Origin: Anthoceros angustus
Taxonomy: Eukaryota > Plantae > Anthocerotophyta
Reading direction: 5' to 3'
DNA length: 64,000 nt
Assembly: GCA_010909165.1 (NCBI GenBank)
Contig: MU008184.1
Location: forward strand, 62,001-126,000
The notes beneath the pieces are model-generated. The model did not search any database. It had not been told where the DNA came from and saw only the letters and a list, made by a program, of their open reading frames with translations. This document shows, piece by piece, positions 46,161 through 59,470 of the stretch. Position 1 is the first letter of the stretch. Every line of letters begins with the position of its first letter. The translations under genes and the position numbers were made by a program.

Positions 46161-49034
46161 GAGCATTTTTTCTTTTTCTATCGGCACTCTTAGGAACTTT
46201 GACAAATGTACTTCCTAACACTATGCAGCGGTGTCTGACGCTGGAAGGGTGGTATTTTATATCCAGGTTCCGTGCACATGTCCATTCACGGTACCGAAAG
46301 GTGTTGTTGCAACTAGTGTCTCACCCGTGTGTGGTTCATGGAAACACGTCTGCTGGTGTCTGTGGTTGTGGAGGCTCGCGGATTGCGGCTGCCCTCTAGA
46401 GTCAGCTAAGGTGTCCATTTTGCGGGAGCCGAAGTTGTTGTGTAGTTTTCAATTAGTCTTCTGGTGGTGGGTTGTGGGCAGCTCATTGCAGGCAGGAGGG
46501 GTACGTGTACATACACGGTAAGGTGTAACGTGCCCATCTCCAGTCCGAGATGGTCCGGGAGACAGGCCATCAATGGCTTGCCAAGCAACCCCTGATCTGT
46601 TCACCAGCAGAGAGTACTGAACACCTACAGACATGCTTTCGAGATCCCAGGACCACTGTTCTAGCACGTATAGGCTGCCATATGTTGAATGAGGTGTTTG
46701 GATAAGTTGTGACTCGGAAAAGCAAGGCACTGTTTCTGCACCTGACCAAGACATATTAGACTACATAGAAACGTGGGGCGGTGTGTTAGTGTGACGCCCC
46801 TCGCACTCACAGTGGGCCTCTTGGGTGTGGGCCTGGTAGGGTGAAAGGTGGAGCACGCTAGAAGAGGAGATGCACATGGAGGAACTGGCAGGATAGAGAC
46901 GGCGAGGAAGGGGAGATGGAGATGCGGTGCGCTGTCCAGAAATGGCGTGAGGTAGAAGTGGGCCACCCACCAGCAGCATTAGAGGCCGGTTGCACTCCCA
47001 TGCCCCGCTAGCAGTAAGGTACTTCACGAGCTTGCACGCCGGACGCCCTAGGCCGGAAGAAAGCAACGGGAGCTGCGAGCTCAGCCATGGGCCGTGTACT
47101 GCCCTGTCCCAGACCTGCCTGAGAAGTGGGCATCTCCTCTGTCTGGGAGCCGTGGCACTCTCTCCTCTTCCACTGTTGGGGACTGTGACTCTCAGTCACG
47201 GTTGTCTGGCTGGATGCTGGATGGATCATCTCGGAGGTGCTGCCGCTGTTGCGTCACCTTGCCTGCTTTATTCTGCTATCTTCGTACTCTCATATTCTGG
47301 CCTATTAAATACGGAGGGGAATCAATTCCCCACCTCCCCTCCAATGAAGGGACGGCTCACATAGCTGTTGGTCACATGGGTCAGATTCGGGCAGGGCAGT
47401 TTATGAAGCATCGGGAAGCCGGTTGCAGGCGTCTCAACGTCCTTAATCATAACTTGTACGTAGCATCACCCCTGCAAATGGCCCGTTGATGCAGCCATCA
47501 TCCTGCCACATGTGTGCGTGCTTCCACGCTTGTTGACTGGCCAATACCATAGAAAACACAAGTGCCCCCATGTACTGTGACAGGATGTCTTTGTACATAC
47601 ATTAACAAGGTCGTGTAGTACAGGGCACCTCCTCTTCCTGTGTATGTACATACATGTGCATGTACAGCTAGCTTCCCTGGAAGTTTGAACAAGTCTCGGG
47701 GGAAACCCTAGACGACCTCCAGAAAACCCTGACGCTGCAGACTTGCAAAAATCTACCAACCCAACATGGACGACATTTTCCGACTTGCGAGCGGCAAGCA
47801 TGTAGACTATGCTAGCAGCGACTGCCGAATGCATTCATGACCGACGGTGCTGGGACCTGGGTCAAGGTCGGCAAGCCGCATTGAAGCACAAGAAGACGTC
47901 ACACACAGGCTTGACATGTGGGAGCTGGCCTTCGAGTTCAAGTGAGGACCTGCCTTGCCGGATTTGCCAACTGGATCGCTCCCCATTTCCTGGCAGGAAC
48001 CACAGCATGACGCCAGCCGATGCTGCACCGGTACCGGATCGAGTAACGACTCACAAAGAGGCATGTATGTATACACAATCAAGTCGTACGCACATACGTA
48101 CGCGATATGGTAAGCACAACTTGCCACACGGTAAAACCAAGCGATCCAAGTTCATCCAACCAGGCCCATCCTCCCTCGGGTGCAGTGAATCTGTGACTCG
48201 GCACCTACTGCCTGGCGACAAAAAGATCCGAGCGGGCTGCTATTGGTCCCATGTGATTTCTGCGCTGGCTCACTGGCCTGAAACACAACTGTCGTCGAAC
48301 AGCAACCCTAAACCTAATAACCAACCACAGGCCGCCCTGGCTGCCTCCTCCACTCACAGGCCCTGTACACTCCTTCCTTGCTCGGCCAGTCCAGTCTGGG
48401 CTGTCAGTCGGTCTGCCTTTTGCCTTGCGAGTGCCACCCCAGGAGCACGGCAGCTCCATTATTTTTCATCCCTGTTCGATGTCCGACGGATCCATGAAAC
48501 GAGGGAACCCGGCTAAAGATACACATTTCCCTGGACCCTGCCTCTTTACCGAGGCGGGGCATGCGCATCGCGTTCCCCCGACCCTGTTCCTGATTGCACA
48601 GTCTTCCGGAGCCCCGCTGGATGTGGCCAGGAGATTGAGGGATCACCCAAGGCTTTAGCGTCCACTACTGTAGGCCGTGCGCCCTTTACAACTACGCATC
48701 ATCGCAGACTGCTATCCTCTCATATCTGAATGTTTTTCGTTGGGGAGCGCATGTGACATGGAGTTGTTGATTGTCGTCCAAATCCTGCTCCATAGCGCTA
48801 GCTGGTCAAGTTTCTCTTCGCCTTGGGATTTGAGCAAATGAGCTGGCTCAAACCCTTCTTTTCGTTTTCCCATACTACATAGATCAACCAAAACATTGAA
48901 TTTAGACCTTGTAGATTATCTTTTAATACAATCTACGGGATATATGTAGTATATGTCCACAAGAAGTCTATTATGTGTATGGTTCTCTAAGGCCATCTAT
49001 AGTACTATAAATGCTTGCGTAAGTGGGGCCACAT

Positions 49035-49188
49035 AAAAGTTGAGTCCTGCGAACGGGGTACTCTATAACTGCAGCCGGCGGAAAAGTTAGTTGAGTCCTA
49101 TGAACGGAGTACTATATAACTGCAGCCCGCGAAAAAGTTAGTTGATTCCTATGAACGGCGAAAGTACTCTATAACTGGCCGTGGAAAA
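49035..49188. repeat. Diverged tandem repeat of about 50 bp, 3 copies; a separate ~50-bp duplication lies at 49436-49533
   Basis: aaaagttagttgagtcctatgaacggagtactatataactgcagcc-like units; agtaggac/tg.gctctcgatttcctt.tccttcacttctcat.tgata occurs twice. Confidence 0.85.
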
Positions 49189-51535
49189 TTTTAGTCATGA
49201 GGATTGAGTACTTGGCTACTGGTAAAGAAGTTAGCCGTTAGGTATATATGGACACTAGATTCGTAAAGAAGTTAGTCGTTGGCATGTAAGGACACAAGAT
49301 CTCTGATGCGAATAAAATCAATATAGAGATATATGTCCAAGCTGTGCAATCCGAATCCCGGCCAATCCTAGTACATGCAGTGCATAATGACAATTTCGAA
49401 CACAGTCCGGTCGTTCGCAACTCGTCACATCATTCAGTAGGACGCGCTCTCGATTTCCTTGTCCTTCACTTCTCATATGATATTTAGTAGGATGAGCTCT
49501 CGATTTCCTTATCCTTCACTTCTCATGTGATACTCTTTGCGGATCCTTCACGACTTGTCACATCATTCGACAACACATGTTCTCAAATTTCCCTATCCTC
49601 CATGTACATGTTTCTCATCCGTAACTTCTTTCGACTTCCTAGTCAAAATCAGAGTACGCGTTTTGCACATGAGTTTAAACATGAGTGTACTTTGTTCATG
49701 ATTCATACTGAGTCCTTGTGAAATCGCGTGTTACATACATATGGAGCTGTTGTTTATTAATATTTGATCATCATTCTATCACACTGTGTACTACATTGTA
49801 AGCCGATGCATGCACTTTATAGCCTGTTAGCATGAGGCGGCCATGCGCCGAGGGAGCCGCGGTGGGAACTGTGGTATGCGAGATAAAACTGGCGTCATTG
49901 CCGGGTTTGGGTTTCGATCCCGATCCCTATCCCTGGGAGAACGGTTGCTGATCAGTGCAGTCCAGTAAGCTCAAGTAATGCAGATTTTGCACCAATCTGA
50001 TGACTGGGCTGCATCCTCCTGACTGCCGGCCACTCTCTGACTCCTGACTGCTACAAACACAACATACGGCATGTACAGTATTTTTGTGTGGAGGAGATGG
50101 CGGCAGCCTTCCAGCCAGCTCCACTGTCTGACACCTTCTCCCACGCCCCCTATTAACAACACGTACCTGTAGCCTGTTATCCGCGACTGCCCAAAGGCCG
50201 TCTCTGTAACACCTTGTTTTTAACTCGCGCGCTAAGCTCCAGGATTAGCACACATTCAAACAAAGCCAAAGCCGGGCATGGCCGGGCCGAGTGCATGTTG
50301 GGCTCCGACTCCCGATCCAACAACAGAAGAAAAGAATCCTTGCTTGGAAACACATGTTTGGGGAATCACGACCAACTCTGGGTATTCTTCCCTTGCCAGC
50401 TGCCAGCCTTGGTGGAATATACATTTGATTTCGCATCTGCATCTCGATGCGCTCCCCCCTCCTTTGACTTGGATTCAAAGTTTTGAATTGAAACAAGTGA
50501 ATTTCGGCACTGCACTCTCTGGCTCTCGGAGTCCAGCCGAGTTCGGTGATATTTCAGGCCGTGGCAAGCGGCGAGCAGGGCTCCCGGATATTTGTTTATG
50601 ACGGTTCCGGGCGGCGGTTCCGGGCGGCGGTCCCGGTCACCCACGCGTACACGCGTCTGCTTACCCGAGCCGCTCCCGGATTGTGTCCGCGTATCGTATG
50701 TGTGCGTGCGACGGGTAGCCTTCTGCCACGAGGATATGGACGGCGCGGGGAGGGTAATCAAACCCCGGGTTGGGCCCCCCCTTGCCGCTGCCGCCTTCGG
50801 GGAAGCAGCGCTGCTGGCCCGCACTTGCCCGGTCTGTTCAAGGCCGAGAGCGGGCGGGTAAGAGTGAACAGTGATGGAGAGAGGGGAGAGAGTGGTAGAG
50901 CGAGAGGCTGAGCGAGCGAGTTCCAGAGAGAGGGAGAGAGTGGTAATGCGGCTTTAAGGAAGGGTCCTGCGTCTTGCTGCAGGGTTGAAGCGCTTGCCAT
51001 AGCTGATGAGCTGTGCGTGACTGGGAGAACAGCGTGAGCGAGTGAGCGCGAGAAGCACACAAGTAGAAGCGGACGCAGAAGCAGTCTCGGAAGCGGAGTC
51101 CAGTTGAGCAGGGCTTGTGGCCTGTCTCCCTCCTTCCTCTTGTCAACGTAAGTCGGCAGAAGAAGAAGCCTCTGGGTGTGGTGGCGGTGGCGGTGCCGGT
51201 GGCGGTTGGCTGTCTTGTATGTGAAGCCTGCCAGGGGAGACCATTCTGCCATCACTCCTGCATCTTGTAGCTCGCGACCGGGGCTTGCTGTCGGTGTCGT
51301 CGAGACCGGGGAACGTGGCCGCAACACAGCCTGGGGTTGCGGTGCTGAGGGGAAGCCTACATGTTGGCAGGGGATGCGGTTCTGGTGAGGGTGAGGTGAC
51401 GATGCGGAAGGGATCGCGGCTGCTGTTGCTGTGACGGAGCGGAGATCTGCCTGAGCTGCTGCTCAATATTGAGTGTTGGTGAAGTGAAAAGCTTGTGAGT
51501 GGAGTGGTGTGCGGTGTCGGTGTCGGTGTGCGGGT

Positions 51536-53830
51536 ATGGCATTCCCTTCCGAGCCTACGTCGGGGGGAAGTGCGAAGGATCCTCCTGCGGAGCACAGGAG
51601 GAAGTATACGGAGTTAGGGGCCCGGCCTTCTCCGCCCTCGCTCATGAGGCGGAGGTGGCCGGTGTTTGTGTCGGCGGGGTCGCCGTCTAGTCCTTCGGCG
51701 ATGTCGCTGGTGCGGCTTTTGATCGGGCTGGTGCAGGATGTGGCGGCTTGCGAGAAGCCGCGGGTTGTGCAGCGGAGGAACGCGGCGAATATCATGCGGA
51801 GGATCAAGTTGCTTTCGCCATTGTTCGAGGAGCTGAAGGATAACCGCCCGCCTCTGCCGCCTTCTGCGGTTCTGGCCTTCCGGGAGCTGCATGTGATTCT
51901 CCAGCGGGTGAAGCTGTTGCTCGATGATTGCAGGGAAGGGAGTTGCATGTTCTTGCTCATCGAGAACGAGGCGGTGGCGAGGGACTTTTTTGACCATACG
52001 CAGCAGATCGCCGGTGCCCTGGAAGGTGTGCCCTTGGAGTTGCTCGATCTGTCGGACGAGGTGAAGGAGCAGATAGAGCTGGTGCGGGCGCAAGTGAAGC
52101 GGGCCAAGATCTATCTCGATCCGCAGGAGGAGCAGCTGAGGAATGAGGTGCTGGAGCTGCTCAAAGAAGTAGAGAGAAAAGAAGCGCCAGAAACCGGACG
52201 CCTTGGTTCCTTGTTTCAGCGGCTGCGCCTGTGCAATACCAGGGACTGCCAGAGAGAGATGCAGCTGCTGGAGGAGGAGATGTCCAATCAGCTTAGCAGC
52301 AGCAAGGATGTTGCTGCCTTCATCAACAGTTTGATCAGTTTTGTGAGATTTGGCAAGTGTGTGTTGTACGGCGTTGCGGAGATCGAGCCGGATAGTCCCC
52401 GAGACCTGTCCAGAGCTAACTCTAGCTCGGAGGTGTCCACCAGCGGCCAGGACACGCTCGTCAACCCCCCCGACGAGTACCGGTGTCCAATCAGTCTGGA
52501 TCTGATGAGAGACCCTGTGATAGTTGCTACAGGTCAGACTTATGATCGGGCGTCCATCGTTCGGTGGCTGGATGCAGGCAACTCTACATGCCCCAAGACT
52601 GGACAGAAGCTCATTCATGTGTCTTTGATTCCCAACTATGCCCTGCGAAGCCTCATCAGCCAGTGGTGCGAGGATAATCGTGTTCCTTTTGACAACTTTG
52701 ACAAGGACAGCAGGCATGCAGGGGTTGATCATATCGAGATTACTAAGGCAGCTTTGGAGGCTACCAAGATGACTGCTGCATTTTTGGTCGGGAAGTTGGC
52801 AACAGGCTCTCCTGAGGTGCAGAAGCAGGTAGCTTACGAGTTGAGACTGTTGGCTAAGTGCGGGATGGACAACCGGATGTGTATTGCGGAAGCGGGGGCT
52901 ATCCCGTTCTTGGTCCCTCTGCTTGCCTCCAGAGACTCCAAGACTCAGGAGAACGCCGTGACGGCTCTTCTTAATCTTTCCATCTATGAGAATAACAAGA
53001 AGCTTATCATGGCCGCTGGGGCTTTGGATCCCATCTTGGATGTGCTTAAGGATGGCATCACTATGGAGTCCAGGGAGAATGCTGCAGCCACCCTCTTCAG
53101 CTTGTCAGTCGTTCATGAGTACAAGATAACCATTGGCAATAGGCCTTCAGCCATACCGGCGTTGGTTGATCTTCTTAGGGAGGGCACCACCAGAGGGAAG
53201 AAGGATGCTGCTACGGCTCTCTTCAACCTTTCTTTCTACCAGGGCAACAAGCTCAAGGTTGTTGCTGCTGGAGGCATCCCTCTACTGGTGGACCTTCTCA
53301 CAGACGAGAGAGCGGGACTCACTGACGACGTGCTGGCAGTGTTGGCCATCCTAGCTGTGAGTTCTGAAGGCCTCAACGCCATTGCTCAAACTGCAGCTAT
53401 TCCAGTGCTGGTGAACTTGTTGAGATTCGGATCAGCCAAGGGAAAGGAGAACTCCATTGCTGTACTGCTGGCCTTGTGTAAGAACGGAGGAGATGATATC
53501 ATCCAGATGGTTTTCAAGATGAACACTGCTATTCCCTCACTCTACACGTTACTCACCAACGGCACCTTGAGGGCCAAGAGGAAGGCAAGCTCTCTACTGA
53601 AGACTCTCCACCGGTGGGAGCCGAGTGCAGTGAATAATGCTGCTGCCCAGGGACATTTCCGGGATGCTGGACATCACAACGTGCGAGTGGAACCATCAGG
53701 ACCCCAGGTGATCTCACAGCCTCCCGTAGCAAGTTTGAACCATGCCAACCAGCGGGACCCGGTGTTCACCGCTCAGCAGAACAACTTGCACGACATCACC
53801 TCTCGGTTTTCCAACTTGGTGAGTGTCTAA
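51536..53830 (+). CDS. Plant U-box E3 ubiquitin ligase (UND + U-box + ARM; PUB17-like), intronless
   Basis: U-box PPDEYRCPISLDLMRDPVIVATGQTYDR..CPKTGQ..LIPNYALRSLISQWC; ARM repeats AYELRLLAK, RENAAATLFSL, GKKDAATALFNL. Confidence 0.95.
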   Translation: MAFPSEPTSGGSAKDPPAEHRRKYTELGARPSPPSLMRRRWPVFVSAGSPSSPSAMSLVRLLIGLVQDVAACEKPRVVQRRNAANIMRRIKLLSPLFEELKDNRPPLPPSAVLAFRELHVILQRVKLLLDDCREGSCMFLLIENEAVARDFFDHTQQIAGALEGVPLELLDLSDEVKEQIELVRAQVKRAKIYLDPQEEQLRNEVLELLKEVERKEAPETGRLGSLFQRLRLCNTRDCQREMQLLEEEMSNQLSSSKDVAAFINSLISFVRFGKCVLYGVAEIEPDSPRDLSRANSSSEVSTSGQDTLVNPPDEYRCPISLDLMRDPVIVATGQTYDRASIVRWLDAGNSTCPKTGQKLIHVSLIPNYALRSLISQWCEDNRVPFDNFDKDSRHAGVDHIEITKAALEATKMTAAFLVGKLATGSPEVQKQVAYELRLLAKCGMDNRMCIAEAGAIPFLVPLLASRDSKTQENAVTALLNLSIYENNKKLIMAAGALDPILDVLKDGITMESRENAAATLFSLSVVHEYKITIGNRPSAIPALVDLLREGTTRGKKDAATALFNLSFYQGNKLKVVAAGGIPLLVDLLTDERAGLTDDVLAVLAILAVSSEGLNAIAQTAAIPVLVNLLRFGSAKGKENSIAVLLALCKNGGDDIIQMVFKMNTAIPSLYTLLTNGTLRAKRKASSLLKTLHRWEPSAVNNAAAQGHFRDAGHHNVRVEPSGPQVISQPPVASLNHANQRDPVFTAQQNNLHDITSRFSNLVSV

Positions 53831-54754
53831 GCCCAAGGCTGAGAGTGAAGTCAATTCTTCGCAGGGTTCTTGGATTTGAGAGGATGGGTTTTGGTAAAAA
53901 GTAGCCGAGAGTCGGATCAGGAGCTCTTGCAAGTCGCCTGAGTTTTATCCAGTGAAGTAAAGTCCATGTCGGGCTTCATGGCATTGGGTCTGTCATGGTG
54001 TTGGTTGGACGAATCACCTGAAGCACGGCATCAACCTGCCACCCTCGCCATGGAATCAAGAGGCTCCGGCAGTTGAGTCTATAGAGGGCATTCTTTTCGT
54101 TAGAGTATGTATCTCAAGGGGAAGTCCTGATGTACATATGTGACGAGTCTCATGGTTTCGTGGTGATCTATTCATCGATTCTTTTCACTCAATTCAATAA
54201 AAGCTTCCGCAAGGAGTCCCGCTCTCAAGTGCGTGTGCCCTCCCAATACCCGCCGTATCTCTTCTTTCCACCTCCCCCTCCTGACAAAAGCTGTCCACTC
54301 TCTCACCTCTGTTCAGCAAGCAGCACGCAAAGATCCGCCCATCCTGGGCCACACCGGTTGAATCGCCGTCGAAAGCGCGCCCAAGTTGGGCAGTTGAGCT
54401 CGGCGGTAGCGTGACTGACCCTCACCGTGTCGTCACCAATCCGCCTTCTGGAGTCATCTAGAAGCCGTCAGTCACCGGGATTTGTTAGACAGACTTATAG
54501 CAGCACCCCGGCTGTATGCTGTATCGCTGTATCCGGCGGCCAGGTCAAGAATCGTATCTTATGTACAGATGTCATAAGCTAGATTCAGCTAACAACATTA
54601 TCTATACCTACTGCTAAAAAAACGCTAACTACATTACCTGTCACTAACCATGAAACTGCAATCACACGAAGAACGATGGACACCAGCGGCAGCAGCTCCA
54701 GCCATGGTTGATCTAGCTTGTGCGACTGACAATCGTGCACGCGACTGTGAACAG

Positions 54755-56309
54755 AATGCTGGCTGTCAGGACCGGGCCCTGTTGCTCTGATTTGGTGTGC
54801 AACCCTCGGCCAACAGGGGCCTACGATGCGGGCCGCAATGCGAGGAACAGGAACTTGCTTCATCTAGGCTACCGTGTATCGCATCCCTCCTCAACGATTT
54901 GGACTGGCAGGAGACGGGGGCCGAGCTGTGGAGTTTCAGGAGGGGCCTTAGGAGCGAGCATGGCGGCTGTGGAAGCTCCGGTAGGGCTTCCGAGCTGGGA
55001 GACTCTGCAGGAGAGGCTGGAAGGGTTTAAGCCCAAGAACGGAGGTGTGAGGCTGGCGCATGCCACAGAGCGGCTCTTCGGCTCAGACACGGCCCCCGCG
55101 CTGCTTCTGTACAGGGACAACTCCGCATGGTGCCCTTACTGCGAGCGAGTGTGGCTGCAGCTGGAGGAAAAGCAGATTTCCTACGCCGTGGAGAAGATCA
55201 ACATGCGATGCTACGGCCCCAAGCCCGACTGGTTCACAAAGATGGTGCCCTCCGGCCTGCTCCCGGTCATAAAGCTGGACGGCAAGGTTGTCACGGAATC
55301 CCTGGACATTATGCTGCTGCTGGAGACGAGGTTCCCGGATCGGAATCCGCTGCTGCCAGCCAAGGGCACCCCGGAGAACGATGCACTGCCGGGGCTCCTC
55401 AGGCTGGAGAGGGTCCTCATGGGGAGCTGGCTCTCTTGCATCAAGAGCTTCTGGGATACATCCTCTGATTTTTCTAATTCTCTTGATAAGGTGGATGCTG
55501 CATTGCGGACATTCGGGGGCCCTTATTTCCTGGGTAGCAAGGTATTGCCTGTGTCTCACCCCCTGTGCTGTATGTGTACATTGAACTGGGGGAGCTTTTG
55601 GGAGGATTATGCTTGTGGTTCACACTGGTCTTTGGCTCACAGGTGTCTTTTGTCTCATGTGCAGTTCTCATTGGTGGATGCTGTTTACGCACCTTTCCTT
55701 GAGAGGATGGCTGCTTCAGTTCCGTATTGGGCAGGTCTCATCATACGTGGGTCACCGAGGTGGCCAGCACTGAATGCTTGGTACGATGCTATGGACACTA
55801 GGCCAATTTATCATGCCATCAAGTCGGATGACTTCACCATCACTCACACGCTGGAGCCTCAAATTGGTCCTACAAGCTCTAAGCCTAAAGGAGCTGCTTA
55901 CCGAGAAAAGATTGATGGAAAAGGTGGTCACTGGGATTTACCTCTCAAATCAGAAGAGACTGCCTGGGGCAAGGACGATGGTACTGGTGGGGGCGGGGCG
56001 AAGGAAGAAGCTGCACTAGCTCTAGCAGGCAACCACCACGCTGCTGTAGGATTTGGCCTCCGGGGTGTGCAAGATGGAGAAAGGTTCCGGAACGATGTGG
56101 ACTTGGCTTTTCGTCACGCTGCATATGCCTTGCTGGTGGGAGTCGAGAATGCAGGCAAGTTTCCCACGGGTCTACCACAACAAGTTGCTGTCGCGGCTGC
56201 TTACTTGAGAGACAGGGTGGGCGTGCCCCGTGACTTGACTTACCCTGCAGCCAGGCAGTTGCGAGCTCACTTGCAGTGGGTTGTTAGAGAACTGGGATCA
56301 GATTTGTGA
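54755..56309 (+). CDS. Cys-type glutathione transferase, iota-class-like, with plastid-transit-like N-terminus; intron 55542-55664; start codon uncertain
   Basis: YRDNSAWCPYCERVWLQLEEK, KINMRCYGPKP and VTESLDI motifs; C-terminal YLRDRVGVPRD..AARQLRAHL extension typical of algal and cyanobacterial iota-like GSTs. Confidence 0.85.
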
Positions 56310-56365
56310 AAATTGTCCAAGAATCCGAGAACTGGAATCACATTTGTGAAAATTGTTCCAGAATC
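56287..56365. repeat. 40-bp tandem duplication spanning the GST stop codon
   Basis: gagaactgg(g/a)atca(g/c)atttgtgaaaattgt..agaatc occurs twice. Confidence 0.8.
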
Positions 56366-57374
56366 TCCCAGTATTCTTCGTTCTTCTTTGGAGATTACGG
56401 AAGTTCTTCTTCGGGGACTACTGAAGAGACCCATCGAAGGGAGACCTACTGAAAAGATCAAGATGCGAAGACAGTATGGGGGACTACCGATTACTGAATT
56501 GGAAGCTATTGACGAGACTACCGAATACCGGCTGGAAGGAAGGGAAGGTATTTCAACTCGGAACCAAGGGAAATTATGGGAAGGTATGGGGTATGTGACG
56601 TTGGTAAGAGGGAAGCATAAAAGACAGGTACAAAATTGGGTTTTCGAAGAGCTGGAGAAGAGAATTAAATTGATGTAAAATAAAAAATTAATTCAATGTT
56701 CAAAATGAAATAATGCATAGTAGAAAGTAAAAATGATCCAACTTTTAAAAGTCCTTCAATACACTCGTAAAATTTGTCAATTCGTAAAGTATTGCCTTTG
56801 CTGCAGGATTCTCCGAGGTAAGCTGAGAATTAGATGATTTTGAAACTTTTCCTGATAAACCTAAAACTACTTGTACAAATGGAACCTTTGATTCGTACAA
56901 TGGAAATATTGCTCATACTATAAATTTTTTTACCCATATAATAAAATATTTTTATAATAAACTAAGAAAGGAATGATAATTATAATATAAATATCTATTA
57001 TGCCTTTCATATATACCTCTATTTCTCGAAATCTGTTACAGGAGCTCATTTAAGAAATTAAAATTACAACATCGTGTCAGAAATTTAATATATTACACTA
57101 TATATCAGAAAAAATAATTTCAAATAATACTAATATAATATATACCTTGCATAACTGTCACCCTTGTATGGAAAGAAGAAAGTTCATACAACAATAATGA
57201 CAGCTGAATCAAATGGAGAAAACAATGTGCTGGTCATCACGGGCCTAGCTCTTGAAGTGTGTCACTGATAGATAGTTCATAATACCCAAGCTGTTCCAAA
57301 TAAGACCAAAAATTATTAGTATCAAAACAAGGCAAAGCATATCAAAAAGAGGCCAACATATACTGGTCCATAAT

Positions 57375-59470
57375 TAATCAACGATTCCTGCCGCTTGACC
57401 ACCTAAAGCTCCTGCTACGACAGCTCCGACCACATTAGCATGATTGTGAGAGGGGCAACGGAGGAACAAACGAGCATACCAACTACGAGAAGTAGGAAGT
57501 CGCCAGTCCACGTACACCTGCAAATAACACAAACTTATAAGACCTGTAATCGTGTTAGAAAATTATCATGAATCCTATCATAGTGAATGCCGATAACCCT
57601 AACATCCATGCAGGCCTCAGTCAGCTCACCTTATGCAAGAAGCACGCCAGACCACCCATGCCTAGACCGAAAAGCAACATAGCCCATAACATCTCTTCGA
57701 GGCCAATAACATCTCTTTTCCGGTGGCCTTAGGTCTAAGATAAGCCTGCACATATCGTGAACATCGTGTTGAACCCCGTCCTCTGCTATTAATTGCACTC
57801 TTACAATTTTTTGTCATGTCAAGATCCCTTGTAGCCCTTGTATATTACCTTGTAGATTTCGTAAGTGAAAATTGAACTCATATCAATGAATTCTGCGGAG
57901 TCAGCAGAATTTACCGCCATGAATACCATCATCAAGATAAGTACCACTCCACCTCGACGTATGAGCACATGTCAAAACTTGTCAAGGCTCGTAGATGATC
58001 ACCTGTCATGAAGGAGGTGGGTGGAAGTCAAAGCTTTAAGCTGGAGGTAAGGCTTTCACAAATGACATCTTAATCTTGAAAACATACCTGTCAGATCCCA
58101 GAAGGAATTGTGCAGCTGCTACTGGTATCAAGCCTGGGCTGGCTTCATGGGACGTAATGAGAAGATCCAAAGCGCTTGCTGACAATCCTAGTGATGTCGC
58201 TAGAGCAAACGGGATTGGCAACCACAAAATTGACCCCAGCAAGTATCCTTTGTAAGACGCCTCTGGACCAGCAGCTATAGCTCTGTGCTCTGTACCTGAA
58301 ACTGGAACGGCATGCGCATAGTCGGTGAGGTTTTTCCAGACTTTGATAATGCCTCCTATCGGATCCTTGTCGGATGCATATACTTAGCACAGTCACAGTC
58401 GTATCTGTGAGCCAAACTAATGCTAAGATGCGGAATGAACAATTCCCAACTATCACAAGACGCCGTAAGGATTTCAAGAAACTTACCTTGAAGACGAAAA
58501 TATTGATCGTGATGTAGATGATGATCGTGTGCAGGTAGGAGGAGGTAAATGTTGCTTTGAGTCCTCCGGAAACAGTGTAGATGATGACGCTCACCGGAAT
58601 TATCATCAACGCTGCATACACGTTCATGCCTGCAGACCACCGGTTCCAGTTGATTCCTTTCAGAGATCATGAATTGCTATCACACATGCCTAAGGGCTAA
58701 CAAGAGCTCTTGGACAAACCTGTTGAGGCCACCAGAACATTCCCAGCTCCAATTATCAGAAGAGAACTGACTATGACATTTGTTCAAATAGCATAGGTAC
58801 ATAGACACCTGCAAACCACCAACTTGTAAGCAGCGAGGATGGCAAAATTTACCACCACTTGTAAAAGCCAAGCATTGGATTGAAAGACTTTGATGCAGAA
58901 CACTGATATTGACGTACAAAACCGACAGCATGACCCCATCTTCGTCGAACTAACTCTACAACCGTGTGCGCCTTTGGTGCTCTACGCTTGATCTGCAATG
59001 CCACTGGTACAGTACCAAATAGAAAGTATTGCACAGCAGCGCATGATCCATACCTGCCAATACCACATATGATGCAGTGTAAGCCTCATCATCACAAGAA
59101 TCCAGTTTTGCGATTGATATCAAAGCTTCCAGAATGCTTACCAAAGGCCCCCGCTGACTCCATATTTAAATGCTTCATTGCTGGATTGCAAGAGGGTAGA
59201 CACCCTGTACAATGCACGAGAAAATCTGTATGTGCACATTTCTAGAAACATTGTACACCCAAACTTCTGCATTGTAGTTGTTGTCGCTTACCATGTTCCT
59301 TGACTGACGATGTCCACGGCGGTGAGTCCCGTTTTGATGGTTCTCCCAGCAGTGTTCAATTCCTCCGAATGATAGACGCTGCCAGCAAACTGCTTATCCA
59401 ACTGCCTATTCGTAATTGTTACGACTGCAAAAAACAGCCCGAACCCACAGACAATGGCGTATCCAACATC
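57375..59470 (-). pseudogene. DUR3: DUR3 urea/proton symporter pseudogene
   Basis: NTAGRTIKTGLTAVDIVSQ, LQSSNEAFKYGVSG, IKRRAPKAHT, GGLKATF and RAIAAGPEASYKGYLLG motifs. There is a +1 frameshift near 58780, a deletion near 58290 and degraded 3' exons. Confidence 0.85.

Noticed and set aside
51614-52732. 372-aa minus-strand ORF
   Set aside because: Antisense shadow of the U-box gene.
56313-56678. 121-aa ORF following the GST stop in frame (possible readthrough)
   Set aside because: It starts within a 40-bp duplication, has a TTG start and no motifs; there is no evidence for readthrough.
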